Positions 56,060-64,000 of a stretch of DNA of 64,000 nucleotides are shown piece after piece. Source of the stretch: a virus; the IMG/VR virus record IMGVR_UViG_3300042295_000443, positions 1 to 64,000 of that record. One strand, written 5' to 3'. How positions within the stretch are numbered: position 1 is the stretch's first letter; every line of letters begins with the position of its first letter. Below the pieces are notes generated by a model, which made no database searches, was not told where the DNA came from, and saw nothing but the letters and a program-made list of their open reading frames with translations. The position numbers and the translations under genes were made by a program.

Positions 56060-56263
56060 ATGAAAATAATAACTAAATCAGTAATTAAACTGTCTGATAT
56101 TCCAGAGCATTTACAACAAAATGAAGTTCTACAAGGACACAAGGAGCATACATATGCAGAATTTCATATTGATGGCTCAGAACAAGATGATTTAACCTTA
56201 TGGCTATTGAGTAAGTACCCTACTTTAAAAAGGAAGATAAGTTTTTTAATTCATATTACTTAA
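56060..56263 (+). CDS. Hypothetical protein
   Basis: ORF track. Confidence 0.5.
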   Translation: MKIITKSVIKLSDIPEHLQQNEVLQGHKEHTYAEFHIDGSEQDDLTLWLLSKYPTLKRKISFLIHIT

Positions 56264-56353
56264 ATAAAAATGATAAAATTGAGTGCAAATTAAGTAAAAT
56301 GAGCGCAAAGTATGGAAATTAAGTATTAATCACCACAATTAACTAAAAATAAC

Positions 56354-56569
56354 ATGAGTATAATAGGAAGTAGTTGGAAAGAAGAATATCCATCAGATGA
56401 TGAGATAATAAAATACAATGAAATTACAGGAGAAAATTTTTATGGCTCTAAAGATGAACTACAAAAAAGAATAGAAAAAATAAGTGATTCTAATTTTACT
56501 TCACAAAAAGAGCGTAAAGACTTATTTAAGTTAAGTGAAGACTTAAATCAAAACAAAAATGAAAAATAA
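56354..56569 (+). CDS. Hypothetical protein
   Basis: ORF track. Confidence 0.45.
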   Translation: MSIIGSSWKEEYPSDDEIIKYNEITGENFYGSKDELQKRIEKISDSNFTSQKERKDLFKLSEDLNQNKNEK

Positions 56570-56584
56570 TTAAATCAGAATAAC

Positions 56585-56809
56585 ATGAAAGAAACAGCAG
56601 TAGAATGGCTTGAAAAAATACGTCAAGGTCAGAAAGGACAACCATTTGATGATTATGAGTGGGAAATAGCATTTAATCATGCCAAAGAAATGGAGAAAGA
56701 GCAAATGGAAGAAATTAGAGAAATGCTTGTACAAGGTGCGTTAACTAATATGAGTTGTGCTTCTGCTGTTGTGGAATTTGATAGATTAACTAAACAACAA
56801 GAACAATGA
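56585..56809 (+). CDS. Hypothetical protein (TAVEWL...AKEMEKEQ family)
   Basis: Motif common in Bacteroidota phages. Confidence 0.55.
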   Translation: MKETAVEWLEKIRQGQKGQPFDDYEWEIAFNHAKEMEKEQMEEIREMLVQGALTNMSCASAVVEFDRLTKQQEQ

Positions 56810-57198
56810 GACAGATAGTATACAACTCAGTAAAATGCCTTGAGTGTAATAAGGTATTAGTAAGTAGACATAGGCATGACTATGTAACATGTGGTTGCCC
56901 AAATAATGCTATGGCAGATGGTGGTAATGAGTATGAAAGGTATGGTGCAGTAGATATGGATAAGATTGAAACTTACTATGTATATGCAGATGATGACTAT
57001 GAGTTAGTCCGGAAATATGCAGTAAGAGGAGGTAGAGGTAAAGGTGGAAGAGATCCATTAACATGGATACCTATAGCTGATATGGATGATGACTACCTAC
57101 TAGCAGTACTTGACTATGGTGGTGCAGATTGGCACCTTGACATTATTAGAAAAGAAATTAAATATAGACAAGATGGGAAAAATAATACTGGAGTTTAA
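56806..57198 (+). CDS. Zn-finger protein
   Basis: CLEC...SRHRHDYVTCGC...DGG. Confidence 0.6.
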   Translation: MRQIVYNSVKCLECNKVLVSRHRHDYVTCGCPNNAMADGGNEYERYGAVDMDKIETYYVYADDDYELVRKYAVRGGRGKGGRDPLTWIPIADMDDDYLLAVLDYGGADWHLDIIRKEIKYRQDGKNNTGV

Positions 57199-57412
57199 CT
57201 CTGAAGAAGAAGGTAATGATGCTAGAATAGCATTAGATGGATACAAATGGAAACTAGCTATGTGGGATCTTGACCAAAAGTTAAGGAGTGTTGCAAAGTA
57301 TGGTGTTATTGATAATAAAGAAGCTACACCTGAAGAAAGTGAAATGGCTGATAAGGTTCGGGAATTTATTAGAGAAATTCTAAATGAATACAACTTAAAC
57401 TTAGAAGAATGA
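57173..57412 (+). CDS. Hypothetical protein
   Basis: Likely start MGKIILEF at 57173. Confidence 0.55.
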   Translation: MGKIILEFNSEEEGNDARIALDGYKWKLAMWDLDQKLRSVAKYGVIDNKEATPEESEMADKVREFIREILNEYNLNLEE

Positions 57413-57810
57413 CAAAAGAAATGAAAGTTCTTGTAAAAGAAATTGTAGAAGAGCATTATAATATTACTGAAGGAGCAGATGGTAACTTAAACTATCTCTG
57501 GTATATGTATCATAAAGGTACAAAAGAAGGAGACTGGAAACCATTTATATATATGGCTGAGCTACAGTTAGTTAAAAGATTTGATTATATTAATGATTCT
57601 GAAATTCAAAATTTAGTTAGTATGATGGAATCTGAAGATGAAGACAACATGAATATAGTAACTCTAGCTATCACAAGTCTTAGAAATTTAAGAGTAAAAG
57701 AACATGGTATATATAATAAAGCTAAAAAAGAATATTCAAAACTAGCTGAAATATATCCTACTGAAATATTAAATCATGATGTATTTACACAAACTATGAA
57801 AGCTAGATGA
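57409..57810 (+). CDS. Hypothetical protein
   Basis: ORF track. Confidence 0.55.
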   Translation: MTKEMKVLVKEIVEEHYNITEGADGNLNYLWYMYHKGTKEGDWKPFIYMAELQLVKRFDYINDSEIQNLVSMMESEDEDNMNIVTLAITSLRNLRVKEHGIYNKAKKEYSKLAEIYPTEILNHDVFTQTMKAR

Positions 57811-57811
57811 T

Positions 57812-58003
57812 ATGAGTAAAATTCAAAAAACTTTTATTACTAGTGTAATGGAACTTGAAATGGAAAAATATATTAAACTATTTCCAGAAAGTGACTTTCC
57901 TAGATTACTAGCTCAGTATATTCAAAAAAGATTTAAATGTACAAAGCATATTGCAAAAGAAACAACCAAAACTTTAATTAATGACAGAACAAGACTTAAT
58001 TGA
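57812..58003 (+). CDS. Hypothetical protein
   Basis: ORF track. Confidence 0.45.
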   Translation: MSKIQKTFITSVMELEMEKYIKLFPESDFPRLLAQYIQKRFKCTKHIAKETTKTLINDRTRLN

Positions 58004-58241
58004 CCTTGGTTTTAATAAAATCACAGTCACAGATGAAGAAAGCAACAATGGATATGATTATTATTATTATTCTTTAGATTTAATGAAGGGATTAGCATTA
58101 GACTCTAATGACAGTGATCATACCACTACTCATGGTTGGGAAGTTCGTAATTATGAATGGCCAACAGTAAAAAGTATAAATAAAGAAAGTATTATTCTGT
58201 TGAAGCAGATGGCTCAAGATCTTCAGGATCAAAATCCTTAA
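57981..58241 (+). CDS. Hypothetical protein (MTEQDLIDLGF family)
   Basis: ORF track. Confidence 0.55.
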   Translation: MTEQDLIDLGFNKITVTDEESNNGYDYYYYSLDLMKGLALDSNDSDHTTTHGWEVRNYEWPTVKSINKESIILLKQMAQDLQDQNP

Positions 58242-58497
58242 CAGATAAGATTTTAGCTTTTTCTGCTAAAATAGTAAACATAATCATTGATGCAGCTGAT
58301 TTCCAGCATTCATCAATAGCTGTAGATAATATATCATATGGAACAGATGTGGTTAATACCTCACCTGTTCTCATATGAATTTTAGATCCTGCATCAGGAT
58401 TCATTCTATTTATAAATGATGTTCTAGTAATGTGAGTAACATTAAGTTGCTCATAATATGAACCATCTTTATCTTTAAATTCTACTGGTAGAAACAT
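58192..58497 (-). CDS. Hypothetical protein
   Basis: Coupled to the phosphoesterase stop. Confidence 0.5.
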   Translation of the reverse strand: MFLPVEFKDKDGSYYEQLNVTHITRTSFINRMNPDAGSKIHMRTGEVLTTSVPYDILSTAIDECWKSAASMIMFTILAEKAKILSVKDFDPEDLEPSASTE

Positions 58498-59543
58498 TAT
58501 AGTATGGTATTACCTTCTATTTTGTAATTATGTACTGAAACTTTATCTTTAATTCTTTTCATTATAGCAAATCCATGGTTCCATTCATTGATTTCCATGT
58601 ATTCAGGAGCAAGGTCACACATACATCCTAAACTATATGCTTTGATTGTAGTTGGTTCACCTACTCCATAAACTCTCTGTGAGCTTTCACTAGACTTATG
58701 GAAGTGATTTACTATAGAATTGGACTTAAGTCTCATTAGAAGTGTTCTAGCAGGTACTACACCACCAGCACCAGGTATTTTATCTCCGTGCTCTATAGTG
58801 TAGTCACCAAATACTACTTTACTTCTAAAAGGAATGAACTCTATTTTGTATGCAGCTACTTGAAGAATAACATCTAGTCTGAACTCATCCATGTCTAATA
58901 GCTCTGATGCCTTAATTCTAAGGTATCTTTCAAATCTATTCTCATGGTTTCCTGTAATGTAATAGATGGGAATATCAGGGAACCTATCTCTAATGTAAGC
59001 CAGGAATTCTTTTCCTGCCTCTATCTCATCTTTAAAATGTATTACTCTTGGATCTTTCTCATGGAATGATAGCTGATAGAAGTCTAATAAGTCTCCATTA
59101 ATAAATATAGAGTCTACATTTTCTTCTTCAAACTTAGTAAACATAGTTTCTAAGGCTGTATTATCATGAAATGGTATATGGACATCTCCAAACACACCTA
59201 ATCTCATACATCCTGAAGGAAAAGTAAACTGATTACGTGTTTTTGTATGTGATTCTGGTAAAGTAAGCGTAACATGCATAACTTTGGTTTTTAGTTCTTT
59301 TATGAATTTATTATTTACACCAATCTTTAATTTGTCTCTTAATTTTTTACCTAATTGTCCTCTGTAATATCTTACTCTAGAATATGCCCCATCATAAGAA
59401 TCAAAGAATGCAGTATTTTCTGCATAAATCTTTCTAGCTAAGGTTTTAGATGGAGCATTTGGGAACTTTTCTAAGTACTCAAACACAATTTCTGTGTTCT
59501 TTTTGGGAATACTTCTTTTATTTATGGCTTTTGTCATATACAT
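58497..59543 (-). CDS. Calcineurin-like metallophosphoesterase with N-terminal HTH-like domain
   Basis: GDVHIP, NGDLLD, GNHE, EHGD and NHFH motifs. Confidence 0.85.
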   Translation of the reverse strand: MYMTKAINKRSIPKKNTEIVFEYLEKFPNAPSKTLARKIYAENTAFFDSYDGAYSRVRYYRGQLGKKLRDKLKIGVNNKFIKELKTKVMHVTLTLPESHTKTRNQFTFPSGCMRLGVFGDVHIPFHDNTALETMFTKFEEENVDSIFINGDLLDFYQLSFHEKDPRVIHFKDEIEAGKEFLAYIRDRFPDIPIYYITGNHENRFERYLRIKASELLDMDEFRLDVILQVAAYKIEFIPFRSKVVFGDYTIEHGDKIPGAGGVVPARTLLMRLKSNSIVNHFHKSSESSQRVYGVGEPTTIKAYSLGCMCDLAPEYMEINEWNHGFAIMKRIKDKVSVHNYKIEGNTIL

Positions 59544-59556
59544 TAATATACAAAAA
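59544..59556 (-). promoter_or_regulatory. Late promoter motif TTTTTGTATATTA
   Basis: Directly upstream of the phosphoesterase. Confidence 0.55.
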
Positions 59557-59564
59557 TAATCAAT

Positions 59565-59939
59565 ATGTTTACAGTAAAATTAGTTAAACAGGGTGGAAAG
59601 TTAGTTTATCCTAATGATAAATCAAAATTAAATTATAAATTGTTTCTAGATAAACTTCCAGAAGGTCAGGAAGTAGAGATGTTTATAGGGCTTACTTCTA
59701 GTGATAAAAGTGTAGCACAACTAGCAAAAATACATGCCTGTATTAGAGAATTGGCTCTTGAATCAGGATATACTTTTGATGAAATGAAAGTATTAGTTAA
59801 ACAAAAATCTGGTTTAGCTTATGATGGTGGTGGAGCAATATTTTTTAAATCTTTTGCAGATTGTAGTAAAGATGAACTATTACTAGCTATTCAAGCTTGT
59901 ATAGCAATAGGAGAATTATATAATATTAATCTTGGGTAG
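59565..59939 (+). CDS. NinB-like hypothetical protein
   Basis: KSVAQLAKIHACIRELA.ESGYTFDEMK...KSFADCSKDEL. Confidence 0.45.
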   Translation: MFTVKLVKQGGKLVYPNDKSKLNYKLFLDKLPEGQEVEMFIGLTSSDKSVAQLAKIHACIRELALESGYTFDEMKVLVKQKSGLAYDGGGAIFFKSFADCSKDELLLAIQACIAIGELYNINLG

Positions 59940-60237
59940 AAGGTGTATAACCTTCATCTCCTTCTTGTAATATTACTTTATCAGTATAAGAATTAGTTTC
60001 TTTTGCTTGTTTTTCAATTTCTGCAAGCAATAATGTTAAAGTATAAAAAGATCTTTGCCATTCATTAAGATCTTCATATTTTTTTTCAGTAACTTCTTTT
60101 AATAAAAGTTCTTTATCACCTTCTGGAATATGATTAAATAAATAAAAAGCAGTTGCTTTAACCATAAAATAGTATGATTTATTTACTTTTATTTCTAAAA
60201 GTGCATCATCCTTCATTTCTGTAACTGTAAGAGCCAT
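59926..60237 (-). CDS. Hypothetical protein
   Basis: ORF track; TATATTTG -7 element upstream at 60254-60261. Confidence 0.55.
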   Translation of the reverse strand: MALTVTEMKDDALLEIKVNKSYYFMVKATAFYLFNHIPEGDKELLLKEVTEKKYEDLNEWQRSFYTLTLLLAEIEKQAKETNSYTDKVILQEGDEGYTPSTQD

Positions 60238-60260
60238 AACATTTAAATTTTAACAAATAT

Positions 60261-60974
60261 ATGAAAGAAAAATTAAACATAGAAGAAATTAAACAAAAAA
60301 TGTTTGATAAACTTGAACCATCAGGTTGGGGACAAAAACTTAAACCATTTATATTTAGTGGAGACTTTGATAAAGTACTTAATCAATTGTATGAATTATC
60401 TAGTCAAGATAAAAATTTTACTCCACCTTTAAAACAGGTATTTAGAGCATTTGAAGAATGCCCCTTAGATAAATTAAACATAGTAATAATAGGACAAGAT
60501 CCTTATCCTCAATTAGGAGTAGCTGATGGAATATCATTTAGCTGTAGTAATACTAATGCTTTACAACCTAGTTTAAGATATGTTTTAGGAGAAGTAAATA
60601 GAACTGTTTATGGAGATAATCTTGTTTCCACTGATGTAGATCTAAAAAGATGGTCAAACCAAGGTATTTTAATGCTTAATACATCTCTAACAGTTGAAGT
60701 AGGTAAAATTGGTAGTCATTATGATATTTGGAAAGATTTTACAGCATATTTACTTGATTATTTAACACATAATAAAGAAAATATTGTGTATATTTACATG
60801 GGTAAAAAAGCTCAGGAATGGGCAGATCTTACCGGAGATAATAATCACAAACTTTTTGTAAGTCATCCTGCTAGTGCAGCTTATACAAAACAAAAACATT
60901 GGGACTCTAATAATGTATTTTTAAAAACACAATTATTAGTAAAGCAATATCACAATATTGATATAATTTGGTAA
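60261..60974 (+). CDS. ung: Uracil-DNA glycosylase (family 1)
   Basis: IIGQDPYP, ADGISFS, WSNQGILMLN, SHPAS. Confidence 0.9.
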   Translation: MKEKLNIEEIKQKMFDKLEPSGWGQKLKPFIFSGDFDKVLNQLYELSSQDKNFTPPLKQVFRAFEECPLDKLNIVIIGQDPYPQLGVADGISFSCSNTNALQPSLRYVLGEVNRTVYGDNLVSTDVDLKRWSNQGILMLNTSLTVEVGKIGSHYDIWKDFTAYLLDYLTHNKENIVYIYMGKKAQEWADLTGDNNHKLFVSHPASAAYTKQKHWDSNNVFLKTQLLVKQYHNIDIIW

Positions 60975-61564
60975 ACATGGAAGAAATATTTAATAAACTT
61001 ATAGAAAAAGAATTAACACCTAATAGTTTCTATGTTTTATATTCTATATATAATAATGTAAAACCAAATAAATATGTTAATAGTAGTTTAGAAGTAACAA
61101 AATTAAAACAAGAAGGTTGGTTGGAAGAAAATTTGCAATTAACAAGTAAAAGTATTATATTTACAGTTGAAATAGATGGTTATTTTAAAAAAGCCAAAAA
61201 GAAAACAACTAAAGATTTACTGGGTGACAACTTTACTAACAACATAAAAACTTATGTTGAGATATTTCCTAATAGAAAATTATCTAGTGGAAAATATGCA
61301 AGAGTAAATCCTAAAAACCTAGAAAATTCTTTTAGATGGTTCTTTGAAAACTATGAATATGATTGGGATATGATTTTTAAAGCAACAAAAAAATATATAT
61401 ATGATTACAGCTTAAAGAACTATGAATACATGAGAACTTCTCAGTATTTCATAAGGAAACAAAATATTGATAAAACATGTGATTCTGAGCTAGCTGATTA
61501 CTGTAATATGATTGATAATGTATTAGATGATGAAGTAGTATTTATTAAAGAGAGAAGGTTATGA
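60968..61564 (+). CDS. Putative replication initiation / helicase-loader protein
   Basis: wHTH-like N-terminus, FPNRK and YMRTSQYFI motifs, upstream of DnaB. Confidence 0.4.
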   Translation: MVNMEEIFNKLIEKELTPNSFYVLYSIYNNVKPNKYVNSSLEVTKLKQEGWLEENLQLTSKSIIFTVEIDGYFKKAKKKTTKDLLGDNFTNNIKTYVEIFPNRKLSSGKYARVNPKNLENSFRWFFENYEYDWDMIFKATKKYIYDYSLKNYEYMRTSQYFIRKQNIDKTCDSELADYCNMIDNVLDDEVVFIKERRL

Positions 61565-61749
61565 ATTGGAAGTCAAGGGGGGTTTTACTACTCATTGCAG
61601 TTTTTAGTAGTTTGTTTGCATATGTGGTTATCCACAAATTTATATTCCCAATATCAGTTTGGGAATACTTAGTAATTGAAGGTATGATCACCATACTTCA
61701 TTTCCTATATAATATTTCAAAAGAAAAAACAATAGACATTTTTAATTAA
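61561..61749 (+). CDS. Small two-TM protein
   Basis: Hydrophobic. Confidence 0.5.
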   Translation: MNWKSRGVLLLIAVFSSLFAYVVIHKFIFPISVWEYLVIEGMITILHFLYNISKEKTIDIFN

Positions 61750-61754
61750 TTGTT

Positions 61755-62771
61755 ATGGAAAATCTGTATAATGGAGCTAGGGCATATAAGCCTGTTAGTG
61801 AAAGAGACTCTTTAAGAAAAGCTATTCTAAAAATCAAAGCTAGAAGACAAGGAGATTTAAAATCCTTAAAAACTTCTTGGACTAGATTTAATGATGCTTT
61901 TTGTGATGGTCTTGAATGGAAAACTATTACTGTAGTTGGAGCTAGACCAGGAGTTGGTAAAACTTTATTTATGGAGCAATTGGTTAATGATGTTATAACA
62001 GAAAACACAGACCAAACCTTCAGAGTATTAAAGTTTCAATTTGAAATGGTTGATGAAACCAATGGTATTAGAAAACTATCTATGAATACAGGATCTGATT
62101 ACAATACTTTAATGAGTAAAGGAAAATTAGTTGACAAAACTATTTTTCAAAAATGTGTAGAAGTATATGAAAAAACAGAACATACAGATGTGATTGATGT
62201 AATATATGATCCTTGTACTGTAGATGAAATGTGTGCAACTATACATGCTTATATGGAACAACATAAAGTTCAAAAAGGTATTGACCAAAATGATAATCCA
62301 ACATATGATTACCTAAATACTTTAATTACTATAGATCACTCATCTTTATTTAGAGTTGCAAAACAAGAAAAAGATAAGTTTGAAATGCTTTATGCATTAG
62401 GAGAAGCTCTTACAAAGATGAAAAAGAAATATCCTATAGCTTTTATAGTTCTTAGTCAGCTCAATAGAAATATTGATCATCCTGACAGAGCTAAAGATGG
62501 CCAGTATGGTAATTATGTTTTAGATTCTGATTTATTTGGTGCTGATGCTTTACTTCAACATGCAGATGTTGTAATAGGTATTAACAAACCATTTTCAAGA
62601 AAAATAAGATTTTATGGTCCTGAAAGATATATAGTAAATGATGAAGAGCTTTTAGCTTTTCACTTTCTTAAATCTAGAAATGGCTTAACAGGTTTATTCT
62701 TTTGTAAGCTTGATAGATCTACCATAAGAATAGTGGAGATAGATTTTCCACCACAAAGCATAAACAATTAA
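61755..62771 (+). CDS. dnaB: DnaB-like replicative helicase
   Basis: GARPGVGKT, FQFEM, ITIDH, LSQLNR, QHADVV, KSRNG. Confidence 0.9.
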   Translation: MENLYNGARAYKPVSERDSLRKAILKIKARRQGDLKSLKTSWTRFNDAFCDGLEWKTITVVGARPGVGKTLFMEQLVNDVITENTDQTFRVLKFQFEMVDETNGIRKLSMNTGSDYNTLMSKGKLVDKTIFQKCVEVYEKTEHTDVIDVIYDPCTVDEMCATIHAYMEQHKVQKGIDQNDNPTYDYLNTLITIDHSSLFRVAKQEKDKFEMLYALGEALTKMKKKYPIAFIVLSQLNRNIDHPDRAKDGQYGNYVLDSDLFGADALLQHADVVIGINKPFSRKIRFYGPERYIVNDEELLAFHFLKSRNGLTGLFFCKLDRSTIRIVEIDFPPQSINN

Positions 62772-62780
62772 TATAAATAT

Positions 62781-63374
62781 ATGAACAGAAAAGAAAAAGA
62801 AAATGAATTTTATGCTTTCCATATGGAAAGGTTTAAACAACTAAAACTAGCAGATCCAGCATTTGTTATTAAAACAGCTTTCTTTCAAAAAGGAAAATTT
62901 GGTAAACAAGTACAACTTTTTGAAGGAGAATTAAATAAAGGTGTAGACATCTTTATTGAAATGATTGATATTGTAAGAGATAATGATAATAAGGAAATAG
63001 ATATGGTTCCTGCTAATGCAGATAGACAATTATTTAAATATACTTATAATCCTTATTTTGCAGAAGAATATGAAACTAAAGAAGGATTAGGTAAATCAGG
63101 AACAGGTTATGTTGCTTATATTATTCCAGCATCAGAATTAGTTGCAATTTTAAAAGATGGTTCTCAAATTACTTATAATTTATGGGAAAAGAGAAAACTT
63201 GATGCAGAAATTACTGCAGAATTAGCACCTAAAGAACAAAATACCTTATCTATATTTCCTGATTTTGAAGATGTATTCTTAAAGAAAGAAACTGAATTAA
63301 CTTCAGAAACAGCTTCAGACATTCTTTTAAGAATAGCTGCAGATTTTCAAAAACTAGCACAAATACTTAAATAA
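62781..63374 (+). CDS. Hypothetical protein
   Basis: ORF track. Confidence 0.55.
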   Translation: MNRKEKENEFYAFHMERFKQLKLADPAFVIKTAFFQKGKFGKQVQLFEGELNKGVDIFIEMIDIVRDNDNKEIDMVPANADRQLFKYTYNPYFAEEYETKEGLGKSGTGYVAYIIPASELVAILKDGSQITYNLWEKRKLDAEITAELAPKEQNTLSIFPDFEDVFLKKETELTSETASDILLRIAADFQKLAQILK

Positions 63375-63375
63375 G

Positions 63376-64000
63376 ATGGCTATAGTACTTCCAACAAAAA
63401 AGATCAAGGCTGATAGAGTTAATCCTAAAAGATTAATTATTTATTCAAAACCTAAAACTGGTAAAACTTCAGCATTTGCAGGACTAGAAAATAATCTTAT
63501 TTTAGATTTAGAAAATGGTGCTGATTATGTAGATGCTTTAAAAGTAAAAATTAGTTCTTTACAAGAATTATTAGATGCAGGTAAAGCTATCAAAGAAGCA
63601 GGTAAACCTTATACTTATGTTACTATAGATACAGTAACTGCATTAGAAGATATGGTTATGCCTTTGGCTATTAAGCTATACAAACAAACATCTATGGGTA
63701 AAAACTATGATGGAGATAATGTATTGTCTTTACCAAATGGTGCTGGATATTTATATTTAAGGCAAGCTTTCTTTCAAGTTTTAGATTTTATTGATACTTT
63801 AGCACCCCATATTATTTTATCAGGTCATATTAAGGACAAACAGGTAGATGATAAGGGTGAAATGGTAATGGCTGCTAATATAGATTTAACAGGCAAAATA
63901 AAGTCTTTGATTTGTGCAAATGCTGATGCAATAGGTTATATGTTTAGAAAAGGTAATCAAACTATTCTAAGTTTTAAGACTATTGGAGAAGTGACTTGTG
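63376..64000 (+). CDS. AAA ATPase (Sak4/AAA_24-like), 3' end outside window
   Basis: MAIVLPTKK...IYSKPKTGKT...ILDLENG...VTIDTVT...GAGY; runs off the window. Confidence 0.8.
   Translation, partial: MAIVLPTKKIKADRVNPKRLIIYSKPKTGKTSAFAGLENNLILDLENGADYVDALKVKISSLQELLDAGKAIKEAGKPYTYVTIDTVTALEDMVMPLAIKLYKQTSMGKNYDGDNVLSLPNGAGYLYLRQAFFQVLDFIDTLAPHIILSGHIKDKQVDDKGEMVMAANIDLTGKIKSLICANADAIGYMFRKGNQTILSFKTIGEVTC

Noticed and set aside
1-64000. Stop-codon reassignment as in some crAss-like phages
   Set aside because: Long genes (TerL, portal, MCP, muzzle) are intact under code 11, TAG and TGA both end genes at sensible positions, and no suppressor tRNA was seen.

Overview
This is a 64-kb piece of an AT-rich, CpG-poor tailed-phage genome with Crassvirales (crAss-like, Bacteroidota-infecting) gene content and order. 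It uses the standard genetic code, and I recognised no tRNAs or CRISPR arrays. Positions 1-43.2 kb are a minus-strand late region. It holds small cargo-like genes, fibre genes, a lysis cassette (amidase, holin, u-spanin), a PD-(D/E)xK nuclease, TerL, portal, a scaffold-like protein, the major capsid protein, Cys-rich structural genes, ring and muzzle tail proteins, and a partial SET-domain polyprotein. Many of these genes are preceded by a GTATATTA motif. Positions 43.6-64 kb are a plus-strand early/replication region with an SF2 helicase, ClpS, UDG, DnaB and an AAA ATPase. The most unusual part is 43.6-48.4 kb. It contains (i) six or seven copies of a 35-bp motif whose bottom strand forms a C-GAA-G or C-GGA-G mini-hairpin, as in N4 virion-RNAP promoters, most heading a small gene or sRNA plus a terminator; (ii) a roughly 900-nt ORF-free, heavily base-paired RNA of GOLLD/ROOL size; (iii) two twister-like ribozymes, the first positioned to cut just past that RNA's 3' end and the pair flanking a 50-codon ORF; and (iv) a ribosomal protein S10/NusE homologue naturally lacking the ribosome-binding loop, followed closely by an ArfA-like peptide. 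All family assignments come from visual motif recognition, not database searches.
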